A DNA stretch of 64,000 bases, taken from the NCBI GenBank assembly GCA_963741095.1, contig CAVUGN010000002.1, positions 64,001-128,000 of the forward strand, given 5' to 3'. Position 1 is the first letter of the stretch. Each line of letters starts with the position of its first letter. This document shows, in pieces, positions 29,674-38,783 of the stretch. The notes beneath the pieces are model-generated. The model saw only the letters and a list, made by a program, of their open reading frames with translations, did not search any database and had not been told where the DNA came from. The translations under genes and the position numbers were made by a program. This DNA is from an uncultured Candidatus Micrarchaeota archaeon (GTDB lineage: Archaea > Micrarchaeota > Micrarchaeia > Micrarchaeales > Micrarchaeaceae).

Positions 29674-29926
29674 AATACTCACTTTTTAAACAGGATAGTA
29701 ATAGTCAAGCGACTCAAAAACTGACAGCATCGCGCATGCAATATAGAGTTTACACGCTCACTAATAAATTAGCAAAGAAAACTATATATAGGTTACCTTG
29801 CCGACGGTCTCTTTTCGCTCCGCCGACGGGGAAGCATTCCATCAAAGCGAAAATTTGAAGAAGAGTTAAATAGCTTTCCAATTATAATATCTTAAAATAG
29901 GAACTCTATTTGTATAAGGTGTATGA

Positions 29927-30277
29927 ATGAAAATAAGCGATTTGAAGGTAGGAGCTAGTAACGTCACTGTCCAGGCAAAGGTAGTGAACAAGGAGGACCC
30001 GAGGGAAGTCATAACCAAGTACGGGAAGAGGCTGAGCGTTGCAAACATAACGCTTCAGGACGACTCAGGATCGATACCGATGTCACTCTGGGGCAACGAC
30101 ATAAGCACGGTAGACGTCGGCGACACCATAGAGGTGGCGAACGGCTACGTCAACGAATTCAGGGGTGCGCCTCAACTATCAACGGGCAAGTTCGGCAAGA
30201 TAAAGGTCGTGGAAAAGGGCTCGGGCGCAAGCGCCGAGGCCTACTCCGCGGACGAGCCGACAGAGGAAGACGCATAA
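29927..30277 (+). CDS. ssb: single-stranded DNA-binding protein (single OB fold, acidic tail)
   Basis: DDSGSIPMSLW, NGYVNEFRG.PQL..GKFG; acidic C-terminus. Confidence 0.88.
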   Translation: MKISDLKVGASNVTVQAKVVNKEDPREVITKYGKRLSVANITLQDDSGSIPMSLWGNDISTVDVGDTIEVANGYVNEFRGAPQLSTGKFGKIKVVEKGSGASAEAYSADEPTEEDA

Positions 30278-30281
30278 TTCT

Positions 30282-31313
30282 CTAGTCCTTTCTTTTATTT
30301 CCTTTTGTGTTCCAGTAGCGTACAGTGTAAGCCAGGAACGCCGCTCCCAAGATGACTCCGAACCAGAGCGTGGCCATCCTCGACATTATCGTCGCAGCTG
30401 AGCTGACGGCAGTGCTCAGGCCGTACACCGAATGCAGCAATGCCACCATTGTGCCGTCAGTCACTCCTATGCCTCCGGGCAGGCTTGAGACCATGCCGAA
30501 GACCAGCGTGGTCGAGTAGGCAAAGATGCTCTCGGTGAGGCTCGGCATCACCCCTATGGATTTCAGCGTGAAGTAGAGTGCCATGGAATTGAGCAATTCG
30601 GCGGGCAGGGTGAAGAGTATCGAAGTGAGATAAATCTTCGAATTATTCAGCACGCTCTGCGATGCGTAGTACTGGTCTCCGTATATCGAGAACAGGCGGA
30701 GCAGCCTGCCCTCCTTCATGTGCTTTTTTATGATATTGTACAACCAATCGTCTATTATGAAAACGAATGGGATCAGCAGCAGGATGTCCACCACCGTTAC
30801 GTAGACCACGTACCTGTTCAGGTAAAGTGACGCGACCAATGCCAGTATCGCTGTGCCGAGGAAATCCGTGAATATGTCCATCGTCACTATCGGCACTATC
30901 TGCGCGAACTTTATGCTCGTTATCCTGTTCAGCGTGTAAGCCGCCACGATCCTGCCTATCCTTGCCGGGGTTATGTCCATGGAATAAACCGACATGTAGA
31001 CCGCGAAGTTCTTCCGCGCCGGCACCTTCAAGCCAAGCTCTTTTATGTAATAAGTCCACTTGCAGTACTTCAACAGGAATCCGGCGAAGACTGCAACGAA
31101 CGCAAGCAAATATATCCAGAGGTTGGCGGTCGACGCTACCTTGAGTACCTCGGAGAAATTTCCCAAAAGGGCTATCGCCATGAACACTATGACGCTCACA
31201 ACGAACGCTGCCACCGCGAAAATGCCTATCTTCTTTATCAGGGCTGTGTACCCCTTCTTGTCGAGCTTCTTGACTCCGATGATCCCGAACCACATCATCT
31301 TCTTCTTTGCCAT
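30282..31313 (-). CDS. UPF0104 / lysylphosphatidylglycerol synthase TM-domain (flippase-like) protein
   Basis: ITPARIG, LPGGIGVTD, R.ATLW; multiple TM segments. Confidence 0.85.
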   Translation of the reverse strand: MAKKKMMWFGIIGVKKLDKKGYTALIKKIGIFAVAAFVVSVIVFMAIALLGNFSEVLKVASTANLWIYLLAFVAVFAGFLLKYCKWTYYIKELGLKVPARKNFAVYMSVYSMDITPARIGRIVAAYTLNRITSIKFAQIVPIVTMDIFTDFLGTAILALVASLYLNRYVVYVTVVDILLLIPFVFIIDDWLYNIIKKHMKEGRLLRLFSIYGDQYYASQSVLNNSKIYLTSILFTLPAELLNSMALYFTLKSIGVMPSLTESIFAYSTTLVFGMVSSLPGGIGVTDGTMVALLHSVYGLSTAVSSAATIMSRMATLWFGVILGAAFLAYTVRYWNTKGNKRKD

Positions 31314-31326
31314 CCGATCAACGTCA

Positions 31327-32490
31327 TCAGTAGCGTATTGTGTCCAAGAACAGTTGCTCGTATTTCTTGGCTATCTTGTCCCAATTGTGCCTATTCATCA
31401 CGAACTTCCTACCTCTCCTAGCCATCTCCGCCATCTTTCTGCGATTATCAAGCGCGTATCTTATCCTATCAGCCAGCTGGTCCACGTTCTCCGGTTCAGC
31501 GTACAATCCATAACCGTCCATCATCTCCGGTATGCCTCCCACCTTTGAGGCTACGGATGGCATCTCGCAGGCCAGCGCCTCCAGTATGACGAGGCCCGCC
31601 GGCTCGTAAAGTGACGGCAGTGCGAACGCGTTCCCAAAATTGTAATAATACGGCAGATTCTTCTCAGCTATTCCATTCCTTATCCAGAATCTGTCACCAA
31701 TTCCGAGCGTTTCAGCCTCTGCATAGAGGTCATCTTCCAAAGGCCCTTTGCCTATGGTGAGCAGGCCAAGATGGTATCCCTCTTTTTCAAGTTCGGCAAT
31801 CGCCCTCATCAGATAAACCTGCCCTTTCTGGTCAATCAACCGGCCGTTAGTGACTATATTTGCGTCATTCGATTCGCATTCATTCCCGAGCTCTTTGACA
31901 ATGTGCTTCACGCCGGCATCTCTTTTGCCGATTGGCCGGAAAAGTTTGTAGTCGACACCGTTGTAGACGAGGTGTGCCTTGGCCATGTCCTTTTTCGGCA
32001 CAGTAGTGGCTATCGTGTTCCTCGAAACGCCAGTAAGGAGGTCCGATTCGTGCATAAGTATGCGCCCCCAGGTGATGTCATAGACGAGTCCGAGAGAGTC
32101 AGTTGTAGGGTCTATTCCAAGCGGCAGGGAGTTGTGGATCGTCAGGGCTATCTTGCCTCCGATCTTCCTTATGGCTGCGACATTGTCGCCAAAATATTGA
32201 TACCTATTGTTTATGTGGTAAAGATCGCAATGCACCTTCTTTATTGCGTGATTTAGCCCCCTCATTGTGATGAACGGCAACGGTGCCACAGGTATGTCTA
32301 CGTGCGTCGATCTCAATCGGTGTACCGTAATGCCCTCTATCTCTTCCACAATGCTCTTCGATCTGGGAGGTGCGGAAGTGATAACCGTGATGTTATGGTG
32401 TTTGGCCATCCTTCGGTATATCTCAAACAACACCTTTTCAGTACCCCCATTGTATGGGTAGAAAAACTGGTTGAGCACGCATATATCCAT
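31327..32490 (-). CDS. GT4 family glycosyltransferase
   Basis: GGTE, NGVD, GRLIDQKG, PSLYEPAGLVILEALAC. Confidence 0.93.
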   Translation of the reverse strand: MDICVLNQFFYPYNGGTEKVLFEIYRRMAKHHNITVITSAPPRSKSIVEEIEGITVHRLRSTHVDIPVAPLPFITMRGLNHAIKKVHCDLYHINNRYQYFGDNVAAIRKIGGKIALTIHNSLPLGIDPTTDSLGLVYDITWGRILMHESDLLTGVSRNTIATTVPKKDMAKAHLVYNGVDYKLFRPIGKRDAGVKHIVKELGNECESNDANIVTNGRLIDQKGQVYLMRAIAELEKEGYHLGLLTIGKGPLEDDLYAEAETLGIGDRFWIRNGIAEKNLPYYYNFGNAFALPSLYEPAGLVILEALACEMPSVASKVGGIPEMMDGYGLYAEPENVDQLADRIRYALDNRRKMAEMARRGRKFVMNRHNWDKIAKKYEQLFLDTIRY

Positions 32491-32727
32491 GGGTAACACT
32501 TACGAATAATATCAAGTCCATGAATGATGGTCGGACCCAAAATAAAAAGCTTTGCACACGAATTTTGGCACTGAACTGGCGCGTGCGGGGCCGTGAATAT
32601 TAGGTATCCGGCTCTGGCTACTGGTCCGGAATGACAAAATGTCCGCGTTTTTTAAGTTTTTTTCTGAAGAATAATGGTGTGAAACCGTTTCACCTATACG
32701 TATAAATAGGGTTTCAGCCACTGGGTA

Positions 32728-34152
32728 GTGATGAAAAATATAGTCGTCCTGCTAGTAGACACTATCAGGGCTGGAGATACCAGTGCAAATTCGCATATCA
32801 GTACCATGAACTATCTGGCGCGCAACGGCACCAACTACACGAACGCCATATCTCCTGGCACATGGACAGCACCGACCCACGCGTCCCTCTTCGTAAACCA
32901 GCCGGTCTCAAAAATAAGCAATGTTTCGAAGGACTTCTTCAACAACGGCGCGTACAAGATAGATCCGTGGATGGTAAAGACAAAATTCCTCGAAAGCGAT
33001 GCCACCACCATAGTGCAGAAGATGCACGACCTCGGCTATTATTCCATGTTGTTCTCAAACAATCCCTTCCTGTCTAGTTACACGAACTTGGCATTGGGAT
33101 TCGACAGGATCTACGACCTATGGATGAACTCCAACCTGAAGTACAACAAGTCGCTGGTAAACAAACTGTCCGCGATAATCAATGGCGGTGCAACGGCAAG
33201 GATGGCGATGTACCGAACGAGCCATCTGATGACATCAATGCTGCCCAAGCATGTGCTTGACGGGCTTTACATGAACCTGAGGAACCGGCTTGCAGACGGC
33301 GTGGCCGATGCGGACGGCAGCTTCAGGCTTGACAGGGGCGCCAGGGACGCGAACAAGGCCCTGGAGAGGCACCTTACCTACGAGTACAACTACAAGCCGA
33401 GCTTCATATTCGTCAACTACATAGAAGGTCATGAGAACTATCCGATAAGCAGGAGGTCCAACCTGCGCCAGGACAAGTGGATCTACCTGAGCGGCATCGA
33501 GGAGATGACGCCAGAGGTGATGGGCAAGTTCCACAACGGGTATCTTAAGAGATTGAGCTACCTCGATGGCAGGGTGAAGGATGCGATAAGTATTCTCAAG
33601 AGTAAGGGTCTCCTCGAAGACGCCACTGTCGTCGTCACGTCAGATCACGGACAGTCCTTCGGCGAGCACGGGATGCTGTACCATTCAATGTTCCCTTACC
33701 AGGAGATATCGCACGTGCCCCTGATAGCTGCCAACTACGAGAACGGCAAAATCGTGAAGGTGAGAGACAGGGTCGAGGAGCCGGTCAGCATACTGGCGCT
33801 GCACAGATCGCTGCTGGATCTCGCTACGGGCAAGGAGGAATACCTTAACGGAAACATGCGAAGGGGGAAATGCCTGATAAGCGAGCACACCGGCATATGC
33901 GAAGGCTGGGACGAGAACTTCCTGCGCATGCTGAAGCCGAGGGCGAAGAGTGCGGAATTGATATACAACGCCAAGAGCAGGTTCAACATGAAAGTGACTG
34001 CGGTCTACAAGGATAACATGAAGCTGCTTCACTATTTCGGAAAGAAGAAGGACGAGTTGTACGATCTGGCAAGAGATCCTGGCGAGTCGGAGAACCTCAT
34101 AGTCAGCAAGCGCGAAGTGGCGAGCGAGCTGCTTCACTCAACAGCGTCGTAA
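32728..34152 (+). CDS. sulfatase / alkaline-phosphatase superfamily protein (Thr nucleophile)
   Basis: VDTIR, WTAPTHASLF, TSDHGQSFGEHG, HVPL, ELYDL..DP.E..NL. Confidence 0.85.
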   Translation: MMKNIVVLLVDTIRAGDTSANSHISTMNYLARNGTNYTNAISPGTWTAPTHASLFVNQPVSKISNVSKDFFNNGAYKIDPWMVKTKFLESDATTIVQKMHDLGYYSMLFSNNPFLSSYTNLALGFDRIYDLWMNSNLKYNKSLVNKLSAIINGGATARMAMYRTSHLMTSMLPKHVLDGLYMNLRNRLADGVADADGSFRLDRGARDANKALERHLTYEYNYKPSFIFVNYIEGHENYPISRRSNLRQDKWIYLSGIEEMTPEVMGKFHNGYLKRLSYLDGRVKDAISILKSKGLLEDATVVVTSDHGQSFGEHGMLYHSMFPYQEISHVPLIAANYENGKIVKVRDRVEEPVSILALHRSLLDLATGKEEYLNGNMRRGKCLISEHTGICEGWDENFLRMLKPRAKSAELIYNAKSRFNMKVTAVYKDNMKLLHYFGKKKDELYDLARDPGESENLIVSKREVASELLHSTAS

Positions 34153-34162
34153 GCACCCATCA

Positions 34163-34966
34163 TCACGCACCGTTGATACTCTTCACGTAGGTCTGCTGGC
34201 ACGCGCCTGCGTTGCCTATACTGGCAAGCCCCGTCCTGCAGATGTAAGCGGTGAATATGTTCGCGCTTCCTATCAGCGCCTGTGATACCGGCGAGTTCGT
34301 ATCGTTCAGTTGCGCTATTATCTGCGCCCAGTTGCTGCTCTGTATGGACTGCGGCGTAGCCATTGGGCCGACCAGTATGCTCTTATTCCCAAAAACGGTG
34401 AATGGTATGTTGCCGCTCTTGTCGTATTCTTTCATCAACGCCATCTGCAGCGGATCAGGGGTGCTCAGTACATTGCCATTGATGTCTGCCGTTTCGACTG
34501 GGTCAAAATAAACGCTGTCGCTGACATAGCTTGAATTCTCGAAGGTGAAGGTAGCTGTGCTCGCATACACATCGTGGGCACCAGACTGCATGTACTTCAA
34601 TCCGGTGAAGTTCCCGAACCGCATGAGTGCTATTACGAGGCCCCACCGGTTTATGGCGCAATATGGGCAGAAGTCCGCGCCGATGTACACGACCCCGACC
34701 TTTCCGTTGACGACCAGCGCAGTGGAGTTGTTTATCGACAGTGGATAATTGGGATTGCCGCCATTGGCAGTGCTGCCGACGCCGACGTTGTCAGCCAGCA
34801 CATCGTTCATCGCTATTGTCTTCAGCTGCGAGAGTTGCGCGTTGCTAACCGGAGTGCCGATCTGACCGCTGACGGGCATGCTCCCGGACGACATGAACAC
34901 GTAACCAATCGCTATTACGACGATTATGACTACCACTATTATCGCATACCTGATGTTTTTTTCCAC
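34163..34966 (-). CDS. DUF929 family membrane-anchored thioredoxin-like protein
   Basis: YIGADFCPYCAINRW.L..AL.RFG and an N-terminal TM. Start reassigned to GTG 34966 because the longer ORF overlaps tRNA-Trp. Confidence 0.85.
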   Translation of the reverse strand: MEKNIRYAIIVVVIIVVIAIGYVFMSSGSMPVSGQIGTPVSNAQLSQLKTIAMNDVLADNVGVGSTANGGNPNYPLSINNSTALVVNGKVGVVYIGADFCPYCAINRWGLVIALMRFGNFTGLKYMQSGAHDVYASTATFTFENSSYVSDSVYFDPVETADINGNVLSTPDPLQMALMKEYDKSGNIPFTVFGNKSILVGPMATPQSIQSSNWAQIIAQLNDTNSPVSQALIGSANIFTAYICRTGLASIGNAGACQQTYVKSINGA

Positions 34967-35049
34967 AATCTCTACCCCTATAATCAGACAAAATAATTTT
35001 GATAGCAAAATATAATAACGCCCGTCTCGTATAACAATCCAGGCAAAGA

Positions 35050-35182
35050 GGGGTTGTAGCGTAACCTGGCAGCGCGGCGGGCTCCAGATGTTTAAAAAAT
35101 TTGAGCTAACGCGATGATGAGGATCTGGAATTACAATACATGAAGTAACCTGCAAGTCTGGGTTCAAATCCCAGCAACCCCA
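35050..35182 (+). tRNA. tRNA-Trp (CCA) with a 60-nt intron at 37/38 (35088-35147)
   Basis: Acceptor GGGGTTG/CAACCCC, D arm GCGT/GCGC, anticodon stem GCGGG/CCTGC with CT-CCA-G|A, T arm CTGGG-TTCAAAT-CCCAG. Confidence 0.92.
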
Positions 35183-35379
35183 GACAGTATATCTTACGAC
35201 GACAGAAGTGAGCCTGTCGTGTATGTATGAGATATGAACTCCAGGTCGGAATTGGGGACATGATGAATAGCAGATAGTCGAATCCTTACGTCTACTTAAT
35301 GTTTTGCATAATTCTGAATAAAGTTAACACAGTTTTTTTATAATATCTTATACAAGAATAAAATGAACTTGGTGGGATT

Positions 35380-35775
35380 ATGGCTAAAGGCAAGTCTGAT
35401 TTAATGGGATCTAGCAAGGCGGCTGCGTATATAGCAAAATGCCCGAAGGACGTACAAGGTAAACTAAGAAGAATTAGAGCCGCGATACGGAAAGTAGCGC
35501 CTGATGCTACTGAACGCACGGATTATTTTCAAATACCTGGATACTCCTATGAAGGTTATGATTACGATGGAATGTTTGTCTGGTTCAGCTTTAAGGAACC
35601 GTATATACGCCTACACTTACGTCCCCCAGTAATACAAGACTATAAAAAGGAACTTGCAGGTTATGCTACAACAAAAGGTATTCTTAGTTTCCCAGCAGGC
35701 GGAGAGATACCAATAGCACTAGTGAAGAAGCTTGTGAAGGCAAGTTTAAAGGTAATGAAAGACAAGTCCAAGTAA
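35380..35775 (+). CDS. DUF1801 (YdhG-like) protein
   Basis: AYIA...L..IRAAIRKVAPDATE...PGY; Y.TTKG.L.FP; IP.ALVKKLVK. Confidence 0.85.
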   Translation: MAKGKSDLMGSSKAAAYIAKCPKDVQGKLRRIRAAIRKVAPDATERTDYFQIPGYSYEGYDYDGMFVWFSFKEPYIRLHLRPPVIQDYKKELAGYATTKGILSFPAGGEIPIALVKKLVKASLKVMKDKSK

Positions 35776-35926
35776 CGCTTGTGGATCGCGCTGCGCAGTA
35801 TTATTTTATATATTTAATCATACAAAGCCCAATTGCAAGTAAAGGCCACTATCTCCAACCCCAAAGCATATTCCTATATCAATTTTTGGTTCGAAAGATA
35901 GTGAGGAAGCAGACATATGATCTAGT

Positions 35927-36289
35927 ATGGGTGATTTATTGCAACCAGATCCGAATAACGAATACTTAAAAAAAGAACAATATACTGATGACAAGTTAAC
36001 GGACATAGTGGAATATATAGAAAATCAGGAATTTCTTAGGGTTATAGCACGCTACCAAATACTGATAAGCGTATTGCTCGCCATGTTCGCCTTCTTCTTG
36101 GGGGCTGGTGATTACTATATTGCAGGTACTTTTGTTGTCCTCGCAATTATTACCTTTTGGATATACGAGAAAGAATGGGACAAAATTAAGGAAAAGCACC
36201 GGAAGATGGTGTACGAGCAGAACAAACGAAGGACAAATAGGTCGTACAAAAATGAACAGCGAATAAAAAGGAATGACAGCCTAAAATAA
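35927..36289 (+). CDS. hypothetical two-TM membrane protein
   Basis: 120-aa ORF with two hydrophobic segments and a basic tail. Confidence 0.6.
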   Translation: MGDLLQPDPNNEYLKKEQYTDDKLTDIVEYIENQEFLRVIARYQILISVLLAMFAFFLGAGDYYIAGTFVVLAIITFWIYEKEWDKIKEKHRKMVYEQNKRRTNRSYKNEQRIKRNDSLK

Positions 36290-36497
36290 AGTTACTTGAA
36301 AGAATATAAGGGATATTAGAAAAGAACAGAAGAGGCGACTACACTTCTGAATTATGTAGTCACCCACTTTTACCATCAAACAAACGTTTATACTCCTGTT
36401 TCCCCTACCAAAGTAAATAAGGCTACCCAATAATATACTTGCAATCTAAATCCTCTTCTATTTCTATTCGTTCCGGATTTCTTATATTCGGTGCTAT

Positions 36498-37064
36498 CTA
36501 AGTCTTAGTTCTTAAGGCAATACTTTTTATCCTAACTTTTTTAGACTCGGTATCAAACTCAGAAACCATCACGGTTTTTACAACAAAATTTCTAGCAAAA
36601 GCAAAATTCCTATACTCTTTGATGGTACGACAAAAGTCCTTTTTATTCAACTCACCATGCGTTATGGTGATATGCGGGACAAATCTTCTACCTTCTTGTT
36701 CTGCCGATTCTGGGAATTCCCTATCCACCAAACCCTTAAGTGCGGTTAGTCTTCCACTAGCTTTAACTTTTAAGTATATCACAAAATTGCGCTTTCGTGA
36801 TGCATCCAATTTCATAAAATATCCTACTCCCTCCACATCCAACGCAAATGGCGCGGTTTTGGCTGCCAAATTTTCTACTCTATCTATTACTGTTTTAAAA
36901 TTTTCTTTACGGCTGCGTACCTCCAAGATTGTGATATGCGGGCCCTTATATCCCTTCAAGTCGCGGTAGACTTTGTATTTCTTAGAAAAATTCTTAATAA
37001 TCTGAAAAATCTCATCCTGCACTTTTTTATCTGGTTGCAACCAAAGTGAAATTACTTTTTCCAT
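36498..37064 (-). CDS. 2H phosphoesterase (2'-5' RNA ligase / LigT-like)
   Basis: Two HxT motifs, PHITI and FVPHITI. Confidence 0.88.
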   Translation of the reverse strand: MEKVISLWLQPDKKVQDEIFQIIKNFSKKYKVYRDLKGYKGPHITILEVRSRKENFKTVIDRVENLAAKTAPFALDVEGVGYFMKLDASRKRNFVIYLKVKASGRLTALKGLVDREFPESAEQEGRRFVPHITITHGELNKKDFCRTIKEYRNFAFARNFVVKTVMVSEFDTESKKVRIKSIALRTKT

Positions 37065-37087
37065 GACGAGGATCAACCCATAATAGT

Positions 37088-37243
37088 TTAATGCGAGTTG
37101 AAGTGCATCTCAACAAATCCAGCAATAAAAAGTACTATGGCAACCACTAATAGCAGCCATCTAGCTTGGGGAGATATGTTGATCAAAAAGCAGATAAAGA
37201 AGACAGTGCCTGCGATGACCGCCCCCATCCCCAATTCTCCCAT
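37088..37243 (-). CDS. small two-TM hypothetical protein (51 aa), possibly a truncated gene
   Basis: Manual translation MGELGMGAVIAGTVFFICFLINISPQARWLLLVVAIVLFIAGFVEMHFNSH; below the ORF-track cutoff. Confidence 0.45.
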   Translation of the reverse strand: MGELGMGAVIAGTVFFICFLINISPQARWLLLVVAIVLFIAGFVEMHFNSH

Positions 37244-37422
37244 GAAAGTGATTGTCACCCAAACTATAAAATAACGGTGTTAACGGCTCTTATCATCTAA
37301 TGGGTGCTCATACCCCTCATTTTCCCCTGCGAGAGCAAACCTTAAATATCTAATAACACACGACAATAATCTACCGATTCGCCTAATAAGATAAAATCAG
37401 CCAATCGATTTTACCGGATTTT

Positions 37423-38679
37423 ATGATAACCAATAGTTCAAACGAGCATGTCCTCTCAAAGGCCATGATAACCGACTACTATCTTTCTAACCCCCCGCTT
37501 CAACCGAAAAGTGCCATTGCACATTATGTAAGGGATAATGGCATACTAGTACCAACCATATACGAAAGTCTGAAAGAAGCCATGAAAGCTCTCCGCCGGG
37601 GCGAGAGATTTATTGCAAGAAGCGAACATCCTGGAGACTACGCTAACAAATCCAACGCATCCGGGCTTCTTCCCAGCGAAAACCTGGGCAGATACGAATC
37701 AACGCTCTTCGAAAAAAGAAATACTCTAGAACGGTATCTCAACATCATTCTCAAGAAAAATAGCCGCTTTGATGGTGCGGACCTGAAAGAGCTCATAATA
37801 TTTGACCCGAAAAACGATTCCTCGTTGGCCGAAATGAATCAGTATTGTGCGCTATCAAATCGTGATTTTGCTGAATTCGTGAACGAGATTACCTTCTCAT
37901 TCTGGAAGCTGCTCGACGGATTCAATTGGAGAGTCATTGCAGACTCTTCCATCAAAGGAAAGTACCACATATTCACGACGTGGGGCATTCCTGGTGGAAA
38001 AAGCTCAAATTACACCATATTCCAGGATGGAAAGCAGACCACGTACTCTGATACACTGCCACAAGAGATGAGCAATAACATCCCTAAGATGATATCCTTC
38101 TACGAGATGGTAAGAACTCTGGAACGGTTTGATCCATTCAACTGCCCTACTATCGAAGGGCAGACCTTCGAGGGCAAAAACTATTTCCTGCAGTACCTTC
38201 TCGGGCGGAAATTCAATCCCCCAAAATTTGTACTTGATAGAGCACCAGAAAAAGATGAAAGGGAGGCACTTTTCATAAGGGGCGCTACCCCCGAGTCAGG
38301 CATACACTGCAATATCGTGTACCACTATGCCTGGTTCTTTGGCTTTGGCAAACCAGATATCAACAAACATGAGGACGGCTCATTCGATCTTCACACAAAT
38401 TCGTCATTCTCTGAACTTATGGTCCGAAACAGAACAATGCAACTGATTGATGCCCATGGATCCCCTCTTGAGGACGTACTAAAGATGGTGGCAGACGGAC
38501 ACCACTCCTATTCAAAGATTTTCAAGCCAGAGATCTATGCAGTAATAAGGCTGGGCGACTATTATCCAAGGAATGAGCGCAGCATAATGCTAAAAAACAT
38601 TTACGAAACCAAATCAGACGCCATGGTGCAGTTGTACGCCATATCCGATGGAAATCGGGCGTACCTCAGAAGAGACTGA
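37423..38679 (+). CDS. hypothetical protein, divergent PEP-synthase/PPDK-type ATP-grasp-like domain
   Basis: FIARSEHPGDY...SGLLPSE and PTIEGQ..GKNYFLQ resemble the VRSS..ED...AG..S and DIEW...YILQ motifs of PPDK_N. Confidence 0.55.
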   Translation: MITNSSNEHVLSKAMITDYYLSNPPLQPKSAIAHYVRDNGILVPTIYESLKEAMKALRRGERFIARSEHPGDYANKSNASGLLPSENLGRYESTLFEKRNTLERYLNIILKKNSRFDGADLKELIIFDPKNDSSLAEMNQYCALSNRDFAEFVNEITFSFWKLLDGFNWRVIADSSIKGKYHIFTTWGIPGGKSSNYTIFQDGKQTTYSDTLPQEMSNNIPKMISFYEMVRTLERFDPFNCPTIEGQTFEGKNYFLQYLLGRKFNPPKFVLDRAPEKDEREALFIRGATPESGIHCNIVYHYAWFFGFGKPDINKHEDGSFDLHTNSSFSELMVRNRTMQLIDAHGSPLEDVLKMVADGHHSYSKIFKPEIYAVIRLGDYYPRNERSIMLKNIYETKSDAMVQLYAISDGNRAYLRRD

Positions 38680-38783
38680 ATGGGGCGCATGGCAACTGGT
38701 TTCCTGTTTGCTTTTGCCTTCTACCCGTTCCAATTGGGCAAGAAGTAAATAACCTTCCAGACATATTGTAAATCGCGGTTTGC

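Larger units (their letters stand above)
35183..38700. other. AT-rich accessory island downstream of tRNA-Trp
   Basis: Visible drop in GC and change in codon style, long intergenic gaps and unrelated accessory ORFs; no integrase or att repeat found. Confidence 0.6.

Noticed and set aside
29799-29853. GCCGACGG direct repeat and TTTTCGCT/AGCGAAAA inverted repeat between ths and ssb
   Set aside because: Short and present only twice; could be a regulator site but there is no further support, and it is not CRISPR-like
34967-35167. N-terminal extension of the DUF929 ORF
   Set aside because: It overlaps tRNA-Trp on the opposite strand; the real start is likely GTG 34966
35856-35863. CAACCCCA matching the tRNA-Trp 3' end as a possible attR
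   Set aside because: Only 8 nt, expected by chance, and no integrase nearby
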